From Candidatus Omnitrophota bacterium (lineage in GTDB: Bacteria > Omnitrophota > Gorgyraeia > B26-G9), in contig JAHJAO010000031.1 in NCBI GenBank assembly GCA_018813905.1, forward strand, positions 5,922 to 69,921: a stretch of DNA of 64,000 nucleotides, read 5' to 3'. The notes under the pieces are model-generated. The model did not search any database. It worked only from the letters and a program-made list of their open reading frames with translations, and was not told where the DNA came from. The translations under genes and the position numbers were made by a program. Below, in pieces: positions 47,862 to 55,988 of the stretch; position 1 is the first letter of the stretch, and each line of letters starts with the position of its first letter.

Positions 47862-48935
47862 ATGAATATTTTTGAGTTTATCGATCAAATAATCGAACAG
47901 AAAGCCTCGGATTTGCATATCGTTGCCGGAGCACCGCCGGCGATACGCGTTAACGGTCAGCTTGTTTTTTTCGAGCAAAGTAAGCTGACGCCCGATGAGG
48001 CAAAAACTCTCTGCTACGAACTGTTGAGCGATGAACGTAAAGTAAAGTTTGAAAAAGATAAAGAGCTCGATTTCTCCTATTCTTATAACAGCAAGAGTAA
48101 GAATTTATTCTGCCGGTTTCGCGTGAACCTCTATTGGCAGCGCGGCAGCGCGGCGATGGCGCTGCGGTTTATTGCCAATGAGATATTGGCCTTTACCAGT
48201 CTGAACCTGCCTCCTATACTCAAAGATATTTCCCGCCTGCGCCGGGGATTGGTTTTGGTTACGGGCGCAACCGGTAGCGGCAAATCTACGACTTTAGCTT
48301 CCATGGTCGATTTGATAAATAAAGAACGCAGCTGTCACGTTATTACCCTGGAAGACCCGATAGAATATTTTCATACGCACCAGAAATCACTTGTTTCACA
48401 GCGGGAAATCGGAGAAGATACCGCATCCTTTTCCTTGGCTTTGAGAGAAGCGGTAAGGCAGGATCCGGATGTTATCCTCGTTGGCGAAATGCGGGATTTG
48501 GAAACGATAAGTATCGCGATTACGGCCGCGGAAACCGGGCATCTGGTTCTGGCTACGCTCCATACCACCGATGCGGTACAAACCATAGACCGCATTATCG
48601 ATGTTTTTCCTCCCCACCAGCAGCAGCAGGTGCGTACGCAGATTTCCATAACCCTGCAGGCGGTAGTCGCCCAGCAGCTGGTGATGTGCGGTGACGGGAA
48701 GACGCGGGTGCCGGTTGTGGAAATAATGGTGGTTAATCCGGCGATAAGAAACCTTATCCGCGAGGGAAAAACTTACCAGATATATTCGGTTATTGAAACC
48801 GGACGCGACCAGGGCATGCAGACGCTGGATCAGGCCTTACAGGATTTGATTTCCAGAAAACTTATTACTTATAATGAGGCGTTTGGCGTGACGCGTGACC
48901 CGGAAAATTTGAGAAAGAAACTCGAAAACAGCTGA
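47862..48935 (+). CDS. pilT: Type IV pilus twitching motility ATPase PilT
   Basis: Canonical PilT of 357 aa with Walker A GATGSGKSTT and AIRNLIREGK. Confidence 0.9.
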   Translation: MNIFEFIDQIIEQKASDLHIVAGAPPAIRVNGQLVFFEQSKLTPDEAKTLCYELLSDERKVKFEKDKELDFSYSYNSKSKNLFCRFRVNLYWQRGSAAMALRFIANEILAFTSLNLPPILKDISRLRRGLVLVTGATGSGKSTTLASMVDLINKERSCHVITLEDPIEYFHTHQKSLVSQREIGEDTASFSLALREAVRQDPDVILVGEMRDLETISIAITAAETGHLVLATLHTTDAVQTIDRIIDVFPPHQQQQVRTQISITLQAVVAQQLVMCGDGKTRVPVVEIMVVNPAIRNLIREGKTYQIYSVIETGRDQGMQTLDQALQDLISRKLITYNEAFGVTRDPENLRKKLENS

Positions 48936-48948
48936 TAACCGGTTCCGA

Positions 48949-50451
48949 TTACTCCTCGCCAAACACTTCCGCGGAAAAAATATAAATTTGGGCGTTTTTC
49001 ATCCAGGCATCCGGCGGCAACCCGGCCTTTAAACAAGTATGCTTCAAGAACTCTTCTTTGCTCCAGCCGTATTCGGTCGCGACCTGCGGCAGAAGGAGTC
49101 CGGAGCCAAAATTTTTTCTGATTAACAGGCCGTGTTTTCCTACCTCAATTTCATCAATATCAAATATTTGTTTTAACGGTGATAATACGGAAATTTCTAA
49201 AACGATGCTTTCAAGCTCGTCTTCCCTTACCGGCTCAAACCGTGGATCCCGAGTTGCGGCCTCAATCGCCATCTCCTGTACAACCCGGACAAGCTGGGTG
49301 TCGCCGACTATCCTGCCGATACAGCCCCGCAGATTCCCTTTCTTTTTGAGGGTTACGAAAGCGCCTCTTTTTTCAAGAAAGGCCGGGTCAATATCGTTTA
49401 TCTGCGGCGTGGTCTGTTCTTTTATATATTCGCTTATCGTCATTTTGGCAATTTCCAACAAACTCTTTTTTTGTTCCTCGGTCAACATCTCTCCCCCTTT
49501 TTTATTTGCGGTGTTATCTGGTTGCGGTTTATAGAAAATTATGCTTGCGTAGCCGACAACTTTATTGTTATTTGTCCGCGTTGTGTTAAATGATGTAGCG
49601 TATTTCAAGAGTTTCGTGTTGGTAATACCCAATTTCTTCATGGTAAGTATTAAGGTGACCACTGCTGCGCTGCCGCAAAGCTCGCTTTTTTTTAGCTGGC
49701 AATCGCGAAAAAGCCCTTCGGCATCAAGGCGGGATATGGTTGCAAGCGTAGCTTGGTCTATTTTCTGGGCTGCGGCTTGAGAATGGTAATGGGACATATC
49801 CGTGCTGGCGATAATTAAGGTGTTATCTTTATCTTGGCTTAATATTCCGGCAAGACCGGCTGCGAGCTCCTCGCATAATTTATAGGAAGGGTTACTTAGC
49901 ATTATCGGCACAATTTTAAAATCTTTTAAGCTTTCCTGCAGAAATGGAATTTGTACCTCCAGCGCGTGTTCCTGCTCAAACGCCAAAGGTAAATTTACGA
50001 TGTTTTTATTCCCGTTTATTAGCGCTTGTGTTGTTTTCGCATCAATGGCTACATCCCCCAATGGCGTGCGGAAATAGCCTTTTTCGAAAACCGCAATCTT
50101 ATCCAGCCACTGATAATGGCTGGGGCCGATGAGAATAACCCGGGTATACTTTTTGTCTTGCAGGGCACGATAGGCATGCGCGGCTACGGGCCCGGAATAA
50201 ATATATCCGGCATGGGGGCTGATAATGCCGAAAATATGTTCGTCTTGTGCGCTTGCGGTATTTGCGTTTTGCATAAATGTTGCTATGGTATTTTTAAGTT
50301 GTTTTTTGTCCGCCGGGTAAAAAACGCCGCTGACATTGGGATATTTTATCGTCTCTTGCGCCAGGATTTGAGACGGAGAGGCGTAAAAGGCAAGCAGTAG
50401 CAACGCGGCAGTCATAAAGTATAGATATGTTTTTTTAGTCTTTATGTCCAT
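48949..50451 (-). CDS. AmmeMemoRadiSam system protein B (Memo-like) fused to protein A (AMMECR1 domain), with N-terminal Sec-type signal peptide
   Basis: Memo: GIISPHAGYIYSGPVAAHAY. AMMECR1: RGAFVTLKKKGNLRGCIGRIVG. The N-terminus MDIKTKKTYLYFMTAALLLLAFYASPSQILAQE is a signal peptide. Confidence 0.8.
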   Translation of the reverse strand: MDIKTKKTYLYFMTAALLLLAFYASPSQILAQETIKYPNVSGVFYPADKKQLKNTIATFMQNANTASAQDEHIFGIISPHAGYIYSGPVAAHAYRALQDKKYTRVILIGPSHYQWLDKIAVFEKGYFRTPLGDVAIDAKTTQALINGNKNIVNLPLAFEQEHALEVQIPFLQESLKDFKIVPIMLSNPSYKLCEELAAGLAGILSQDKDNTLIIASTDMSHYHSQAAAQKIDQATLATISRLDAEGLFRDCQLKKSELCGSAAVVTLILTMKKLGITNTKLLKYATSFNTTRTNNNKVVGYASIIFYKPQPDNTANKKGGEMLTEEQKKSLLEIAKMTISEYIKEQTTPQINDIDPAFLEKRGAFVTLKKKGNLRGCIGRIVGDTQLVRVVQEMAIEAATRDPRFEPVREDELESIVLEISVLSPLKQIFDIDEIEVGKHGLLIRKNFGSGLLLPQVATEYGWSKEEFLKHTCLKAGLPPDAWMKNAQIYIFSAEVFGEE

Positions 50452-51602
50452 ATGCCCGGGATCTTCTGCTGGCAAAACTTGCATGTGCCAGACGTTATAG
50501 AATTATCAAGTATTGTATATCCGGTCCTGCGGATAAGCGCTTTCTTGCAATTGGGGCAGTAGGTGTTTTCCGCTTTATGGCCGGGGATATTTCCGATATA
50601 GGCGAATTTGATTCCGGCCGCGTCGGCGATTTTTTTAAAATTTTCCAGCGTGCTCAAGGGCGTGGGTGGCAGGCCGGCTAATTTATACATAGGATGAAAA
50701 CGGGAAAAATGTATCGGTGTGTCTTCCCCTAAGTTATCGCTGATCCAAGCACACATCTTCCGCGCCTCATTCGCGTCGTCGTTTAAAGTAGGTATAACCA
50801 GGTTGGTAAGCTCTAGCCACACCCCCATTTCTTTTTTTATCAAAACCAGGTTATCCAGCACGGTTTCAAGATACCCGGAACAGATATCCCGATAGTAATG
50901 TTCGGAGAAACTTTTAAGGTCCACGTTTATCGCGTCCATATATCGGCATAAGTTGCGCATGGGTTCTGGATTAATCGAGCCGTTCGAGTGCATGACGTTT
51001 TTTATCCCCTGATGACGCGCGATTTTGGCAATAGCCAAAGTGTATTCATAAAAAATCGTAGGTTCGGTATAGGTATAAGCAATACTCGGACAGCCGGCGG
51101 CTTTGGCGCGATAAACTATCTCCCGGGGCGAAATTTTAACGCTGTTGATTTGTTCGGGCCCGGCCTGAGATATTTGCCAGTTCTGGCAGAACTTGCAGCG
51201 CAGGTTGCATCCCACCGTAGCCAGGGAAAAAGATATCGTCGCGGGCAGCACATGAAAAAACGGCTTTTTTTCGATGGGGTCGATATGAACCGCGCAGGGC
51301 CGGCCGTAGGCTAAATTGTAAAATGTTCCGTTTTTATTTTCCTTAATCCGGCAGAAACCCCGCTTGTTTTTTTCTACTACACACGCGTGCGGGCAATGCC
51401 GGCAGCGCACCCGGCCGTCAGGCATTTTTTCATAGTAAAGCGCTTCATGCAATTCGGTATCGGATGCGAAAACTTCGCAAGTTCTTCCTGCGGCCAGATA
51501 AGAGCAAAAGCCAAATGCGGTTTTTAAAAATACTCGTCTATTTAATAACATAATTATGGCTGGTTTATTTAAAAGTGTAGCACATTTTGAAATTGATATC
51601 AA
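50442..51602 (-). CDS. AmmeMemoRadiSam system radical SAM enzyme with N-terminal twin-arginine (Tat) signal-like extension
   Basis: CNLRCKFCQNW (CxxxCxxC) lies downstream of YYEKMPDGRVRCRHCPHAC. The N-terminal extension carries NRRVFLK + TAFGFCSYLAAG + VFA|SD, i.e. the RRxFLK consensus. Confidence 0.8.
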   Translation of the reverse strand: MISISKCATLLNKPAIIMLLNRRVFLKTAFGFCSYLAAGRTCEVFASDTELHEALYYEKMPDGRVRCRHCPHACVVEKNKRGFCRIKENKNGTFYNLAYGRPCAVHIDPIEKKPFFHVLPATISFSLATVGCNLRCKFCQNWQISQAGPEQINSVKISPREIVYRAKAAGCPSIAYTYTEPTIFYEYTLAIAKIARHQGIKNVMHSNGSINPEPMRNLCRYMDAINVDLKSFSEHYYRDICSGYLETVLDNLVLIKKEMGVWLELTNLVIPTLNDDANEARKMCAWISDNLGEDTPIHFSRFHPMYKLAGLPPTPLSTLENFKKIADAAGIKFAYIGNIPGHKAENTYCPNCKKALIRRTGYTILDNSITSGTCKFCQQKIPGIWT

Positions 51603-51624
51603 TCACCGGATTAGTTAGGGTCGC

Positions 51625-52110
51625 TTATTCGATGATTTCAATCTGGGAGGGCGTGTTTATGATGATTTCGGGCTTGCCCCGGTATTCTTTTATTGTTCCT
51701 TTGACGCGGACTTTTTTATTTTTATAATAGACATCCGGAGAAGAAGCAAATTTAGAAAAACTGGAAGCGAAAATTACCGCCGTAAAATACCTTTTATAAT
51801 CGGGATGAAAATTCAAAAAACATGCCTTATTGGTTTTGTAAGTGCCGACAACAACGCCTTCGACAACCGCGAATTTGCCGTAATACTTAGGGGCTAATTT
51901 GTAATCAATTACCGGCGGTGCGGGTTGCGGGGATTTATTGAGAGCACTTTTCTCAGGCATTCTAAATTTAAAGGCCGTGTTATAGGTAAAGATAATAACA
52001 AAAATTGCGGCAAGAGTTACCAGAATACGCAGCAATATCAGGTTGAGATCAAGTTTTGGCGGATTTTTATTCATTATCGGGTTTGTTTTGTGCCGGGTAT
52101 TGCCGGCCAA
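51625..52110 (-). CDS. Membrane-anchored OB-fold (BOF/YgiW-like) protein
   Basis: N-terminal TM helix. The C-terminal segment VVEGVVVGTYKTNKACFLNF...VRVKGTIKEYRGKPEI is typical of bacterial OB-fold domains. Confidence 0.5.
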   Translation of the reverse strand: MAGNTRHKTNPIMNKNPPKLDLNLILLRILVTLAAIFVIIFTYNTAFKFRMPEKSALNKSPQPAPPVIDYKLAPKYYGKFAVVEGVVVGTYKTNKACFLNFHPDYKRYFTAVIFASSFSKFASSPDVYYKNKKVRVKGTIKEYRGKPEIIINTPSQIEIIE

Positions 52111-52747
52111 GCTCTTCCATTACCTCATCCAGCTTTTCCTTGCCGGCAATGCTTAAAGATTCATATTTTTTTATAAGATTTGTGATCCTTCCGTCTCTGA
52201 GCGAAAAATTCCAAAGCCCGTACTGATGATGGCGCGCGGACTGCTCAAGATAAATAAATTCATCCATTCGCTTAAAAGGAAATCTTGTATATGCCCAGGC
52301 ATAACCGCGTTCGATCAGTTTTGCGTTTATGAGCACATTATTGCTAAACACGTAAGCTAAGAGCCTCCCGTATTTATCGCGCATATTTTCGGGTTCATAT
52401 TCTAAAACACAGGGTAAACCTTGAAAATTTTTAATCATAAAGTCTTTTGCTTCCTGTCCGAAGCGCTGTACTGGCAACTCCGGATGGTTGGTCTCCGGCG
52501 CGTCAATACCAATCAGCCGGACCGTTTCCCCGCTGCTTAAAACAATTGTATCCGCATCGATTACCCGTTTTATATAGGATAGTTCCGGGCCGGGTTTTTC
52601 TTTTGTGTGTGGAGTTGAATCCGGTTTGTCGGGCCGGACAGGCTTTTCTTTTAACGTAAGGGTGAATCTTGCGCCCCAGATCAACAAAAGAACAATAAAC
52701 GCGCTTAAGATTACCGTTGTTATGTATTTATCTTTAAATATATTCAA
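52067..52747 (-). CDS. Thermonuclease (staphylococcal nuclease-like), membrane-anchored
   Basis: The SNase core VIDADTIVLSSGETVRLIGIDAPE lies behind an N-terminal TM helix. Confidence 0.8.
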   Translation of the reverse strand: MNIFKDKYITTVILSAFIVLLLIWGARFTLTLKEKPVRPDKPDSTPHTKEKPGPELSYIKRVIDADTIVLSSGETVRLIGIDAPETNHPELPVQRFGQEAKDFMIKNFQGLPCVLEYEPENMRDKYGRLLAYVFSNNVLINAKLIERGYAWAYTRFPFKRMDEFIYLEQSARHHQYGLWNFSLRDGRITNLIKKYESLSIAGKEKLDEVMEELGRQYPAQNKPDNE

Positions 52748-52779
52748 AATTTTTATCTTTTCTTATTCTTTTGTATTTT

Positions 52780-54480
52780 TTATACGTCGGCTTCGAGCGA
52801 ATCCGCGTGCCGTTGTAACTCCATAATTTTAGTCGTTATAAATTTATTAAGCATGCGGCGTTCAATAAAACCAACGACAAGCTTATCTTTATCCACTACG
52901 GGCATAAATTCCAGATTGTATTTGTTTAATGTTTCTTTCAGCGCGGATACCATGGTCTCCGGTGAAACACTAGCTACAGCCGCGTCCATGACATCAACGG
53001 CCAGAAGCAGCTCGTTTAGGCCGCTTTCCAAAAATATATTTCTGATATTGTCAAAAGAGATGACGCCTAAAAGTTTTTTGTTCTCATCGACAACCGGAAA
53101 ATAAAGATTGTTGTTATTGCTCAAAATCTCCAAAATGGTCGTTAACCCCATATTTCGATAAATCAACGGCGGGGTTTTGTCCATGAGCTCGTTTGCCTGC
53201 ATTTTGTAAATCAAGTCTTCTTCGGTGATATTCAGTCCGACTTCTTTTGCCCGCATCAGGGCAATTCTTACCATGGCCGGCCCGATTATCTCCAGAATGA
53301 ATGCAGTCGCGGTAATAATCAGGACGATATAATTTCCGATTTCACCGGGAAAATAGTGGCTGGCAAGAATGGATAAGCCAATAGCTACTCCCGCCTGGCT
53401 CAATAAGCAAAGCGGTAAATATTTCTGCACGGATTTAGGGGCGCGGGAAATGCGGGCGCCAAGATATGCTCCCAGGGCTTTACCGCCGGTTCGGGCTAAA
53501 AGATAGGTTATGCCGATAATGACTACTGTGGACGTGAGGTGCTTAAGATTTAGTTTTGCGCCGACCAGTACAAAGAAAAGCACATAAATCGGCGGCGTAA
53601 AGCCCTCAACCACTTTAAAGACATCTTTGCTTTTACGCGGGGTAAAATTAACCACAATCGCGCCCAAGGTCATCGCCGCCAGCAGCATATCTATATGAAT
53701 AAACAAGGATAAACCGGCGGTTATTAGCAGAGTTCCAATGGAAAAAGCCAGCAACCTCGATTCTTCTACGTATTTTCTAAGCATCCGGGTGAGTACAAAT
53801 CCGGCTACTCCTCCGATGATAAACGCGCCCAGGATTTCATATAGGGGATTAATAAAAGCCCTTAATAATGAGTTGGTTTGGGTGCCGCCGACAAGTACTC
53901 CGGCTAAACTCGCGGCTACGGCAAAAAGGAATAAGGCCAGCCCGTCGTCCAAAGCCACGATGCCGAGTACCGTGCGGGTAAGCGGGCCGCGGGTTTTATA
54001 TTCGCGCAGAACCTCGCTTGTGGCCGCCGGGGCCGTGGCGGAGGAGATTGCACCTAAAAGAAGTCCCAATGCGCAGGAAAATGCCCAGTTTTTAAAAATT
54101 AAACCGCCGATTATGGTTACCGATAAGGTTACTAATAGGAAAGCGGTTATGCCTTCAAACAATAAAATATACAGAAATTGCTTTCCGTATTTCTGCAGGA
54201 CATCCCTTTTTAACTCGCCGCCGATCATAAAGCCGATTAATACCAGTGCGAAATAATTGAACGGCTGCAGCGCCAGGATGGTTTCGTGATCGACGATATT
54301 AAAGCCCGATTCGCCGATCACAATACCGATAGCGATATAGCCGACTACCTGCGGGATATGAATTTTTTGAAATAGCCGGCCCCCGACTGTACCGCTGAAC
54401 AAAGCCAGCCCTAAAAGCAGCAGGACGTTCAGGTGCGTGAGCGTGATGCGGGTAAATAGATTGTTTAGGATTTCCAACAT
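52780..54480 (-). CDS. Cation:proton antiporter (CPA family) with C-terminal tandem CBS domains
   Basis: About 12 TM helices. The C-terminus has a CBS pair (GVISFDNIRNIF..., FMPVVDKDKLVVGFIERRML). Confidence 0.8.
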   Translation of the reverse strand: MLEILNNLFTRITLTHLNVLLLLGLALFSGTVGGRLFQKIHIPQVVGYIAIGIVIGESGFNIVDHETILALQPFNYFALVLIGFMIGGELKRDVLQKYGKQFLYILLFEGITAFLLVTLSVTIIGGLIFKNWAFSCALGLLLGAISSATAPAATSEVLREYKTRGPLTRTVLGIVALDDGLALFLFAVAASLAGVLVGGTQTNSLLRAFINPLYEILGAFIIGGVAGFVLTRMLRKYVEESRLLAFSIGTLLITAGLSLFIHIDMLLAAMTLGAIVVNFTPRKSKDVFKVVEGFTPPIYVLFFVLVGAKLNLKHLTSTVVIIGITYLLARTGGKALGAYLGARISRAPKSVQKYLPLCLLSQAGVAIGLSILASHYFPGEIGNYIVLIITATAFILEIIGPAMVRIALMRAKEVGLNITEEDLIYKMQANELMDKTPPLIYRNMGLTTILEILSNNNNLYFPVVDENKKLLGVISFDNIRNIFLESGLNELLLAVDVMDAAVASVSPETMVSALKETLNKYNLEFMPVVDKDKLVVGFIERRMLNKFITTKIMELQRHADSLEADV

Positions 54481-54854
54481 ATTTTTATTAATACCAAATT
54501 ACCTGCCGGCAATATCTAAAACCTTAGTTTTTTTCTTTAGAATCAAAAGCGTAAGATATATCGCCATGCTTACAAAAAAGAAAATCAGCCAGGAGTTGCG
54601 CATAAAAAAGTGTTTCTAAGCAAAATGCCATAAGAACTAAAGGAATCAGCAGTAACGGAATGTTGCTTCTCCATTTAAAAAGCCAAGCTCCCTGTTTTTC
54701 CAAGTGTTTTCTTAATGCCATATTATTTTTAATTACTTTTTTTCTGGGGCAGCGCTTTCGTCGCAGATCTTGGCGAGACTCCGCCATAGACAACATCTTC
54801 GTGAATGCATTCGGCGCTTACTCCGTTTCGAATCCCTATTCGAAAAGATTTAAA

Positions 54855-54886
54855 TGGAGCCAAGGGGGAGGCTCGAACCCCCGGCC
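54855..54886 (-). other. tRNA 3'-end-like fragment (T-arm + acceptor), near-duplicate of the tRNA-Ala 3' end; possible att-site remnant
   Basis: The reverse complement GGCCGGGGGTTCGAGCC matches the tRNA-Ala T-arm exactly. No 5' half or anticodon arm was found upstream. Confidence 0.4.
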
Positions 54887-55036
54887 AGTCGCTCATAACA
54901 CTCGCTCCTTAAGGGAACACCTTGATGGTTTTCCCTTAAGTGTCTCTTTCCTTCCGCCAAGATGCTCAGGTGCGCCGATAGGCGGAAACAATCTTTCCTC
55001 CTAAAATCTCCTTTTGAGGCCGGAGGATTCTATCTT

Positions 55037-55112
55037 TGGTGGAGCCAGGGGGGCTCGAACCCCCGGCCTCCTCGTTGCGAACGAGGCGCTCTCCCAGCTG
55101 AGCTATGACCCC
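55037..55112 (-). tRNA. tRNA-Ala (anticodon CGC)
   Basis: The reverse complement GGGGTCATAGCTCAGCTGGGAGAGCG...TTCGCAA...GGTTCGAGCC...TGGCTCCACCA carries the G3:U70 Ala identity pair and an encoded CCA. Confidence 0.85.
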
Positions 55113-55171
55113 TCAATTTTACTTTTTAAAATTGACCCCGCGGTTAATTTTATAACCGTGGGGGGGCTTGA

Positions 55172-55396
55172 TTATAACTCAAACCCTTTTATCTTTGGCT
55201 TCCTTTTTGCAAAAGACTCCTTGACGCCATCAAGTGTTTGCTGAAGTGCGGTGAATATTTTCTCCGTATCTTCTTCCGAGTATTCATATCCCGGCGAGGA
55301 AAGATTACCGATGAGTTCTATTTTCTTAATTGCGTTTTGAACCCTTTTGCCCGCTAACCTTTTAAACCGGTCATGCTTGCTTTCTTGCCCTTCCAT
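55172..55396 (-). CDS. Hypothetical small protein (74 aa)
   Basis: The ORF alone supports this call. Its position is consistent with being last in the signalling operon. Confidence 0.35.
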   Translation of the reverse strand: MEGQESKHDRFKRLAGKRVQNAIKKIELIGNLSSPGYEYSEEDTEKIFTALQQTLDGVKESFAKRKPKIKGFEL

Positions 55397-55475
55397 TTTT
55401 TACCCTCCTTTTTTGAAATTTTTAACCAATAAAGATAGAGACAGTTTAGGGGTTTTTGGCAGGATTGTCAACCCT

Positions 55476-55640
55476 TTAGCTGCGCCGATGGGAAACGATT
55501 ATCGCGCCGATTATGGCGCCCAAAAGAGTGCTGATTACCGGATTGCTCGTTAACGGGCACAGGCCGGATGCGCATTTGCCGAAATAACCGATCGCAAATC
55601 CAACCGCTCCGCCGATTAATACGCCTAAGATTGTGTTCAT
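55476..55640 (-). CDS. Unlisted small (54 aa) membrane protein with CxxxC motif (MNTILGVLIGGAVGFAIGYFGKCASGLCPLTSNPVISTLLGAIIGAIIVSHRRS)
   Basis: Hand-translated from the minus strand. The protein has two Gly-zipper TM helices flanking CASGLCP. It is missed by the 60-aa ORF cutoff. The overlapping 95-aa ORF is in another frame and is RK-rich, so it is likely spurious. No strong SD. Confidence 0.45.
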   Translation of the reverse strand: MNTILGVLIGGAVGFAIGYFGKCASGLCPLTSNPVISTLLGAIIGAIIVSHRRS

Positions 55641-55655
55641 TTTTATATCGCGTGT

Positions 55656-55973
55656 CTATTTTGAAGCGGATTCGTCTTTTAACTTCTTTAGCAATAAGGG
55701 AGTGAGAATAAAGCAGTCTTTTTCTGCGTCTTTTACCAGGCGGTAAAAATCGCAATTATTTAAGCAATTCTTGAATTTTTTGGCAAATTCGCCCTGTGTT
55801 TTTCCCGCACATAAGGTGCTGGCAATAACCCAGCAGGCCCGGCCGGCGTTTGTCCCGCCATGCGTGTCATGAAGGCGTTTTTCCGTAGCCGCCGGACAAA
55901 CTCCAAATTGCTTTTCCTGTGCCCCTCCCGGCTGCCGGCCACAGTTTTTATGTTCCCAACAATTCTTTTTCAT
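55656..55973 (-). CDS. Small Cys-rich protein with two Cys-Trp motifs (two-CW-domain-like), paralog 1
   Basis: NCWEHKNCG...VCPA...RACWVI, plus 4 more Cys. Its 5' 150 nt are near-identical to the adjacent paralog. Confidence 0.65.
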   Translation of the reverse strand: MKKNCWEHKNCGRQPGGAQEKQFGVCPAATEKRLHDTHGGTNAGRACWVIASTLCAGKTQGEFAKKFKNCLNNCDFYRLVKDAEKDCFILTPLLLKKLKDESASK

Positions 55974-55988
55974 AAGTATGAGTTCTGC

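Noticed and set aside
54887-55036. Possibility that the tRNA-like fragment plus spacer is a tmRNA or a complete type II tRNA
   Set aside because: No 5' acceptor strand complementary to the 3' end was found within 400 nt. The 8-bp hairpin is not adjacent to the T-arm, as a variable arm would be. The downstream tRNA-Ala precludes a tmRNA 5' domain.
55468-55755. 95-aa minus-strand ORF (RK-rich) from the six-frame track
   Set aside because: It has extreme Arg/Lys composition with no motifs. It overlaps a far more protein-like 54-aa CxxxC membrane ORF in another frame, and it overlaps the 3' end of the adjacent two-CW gene. It is judged spurious.
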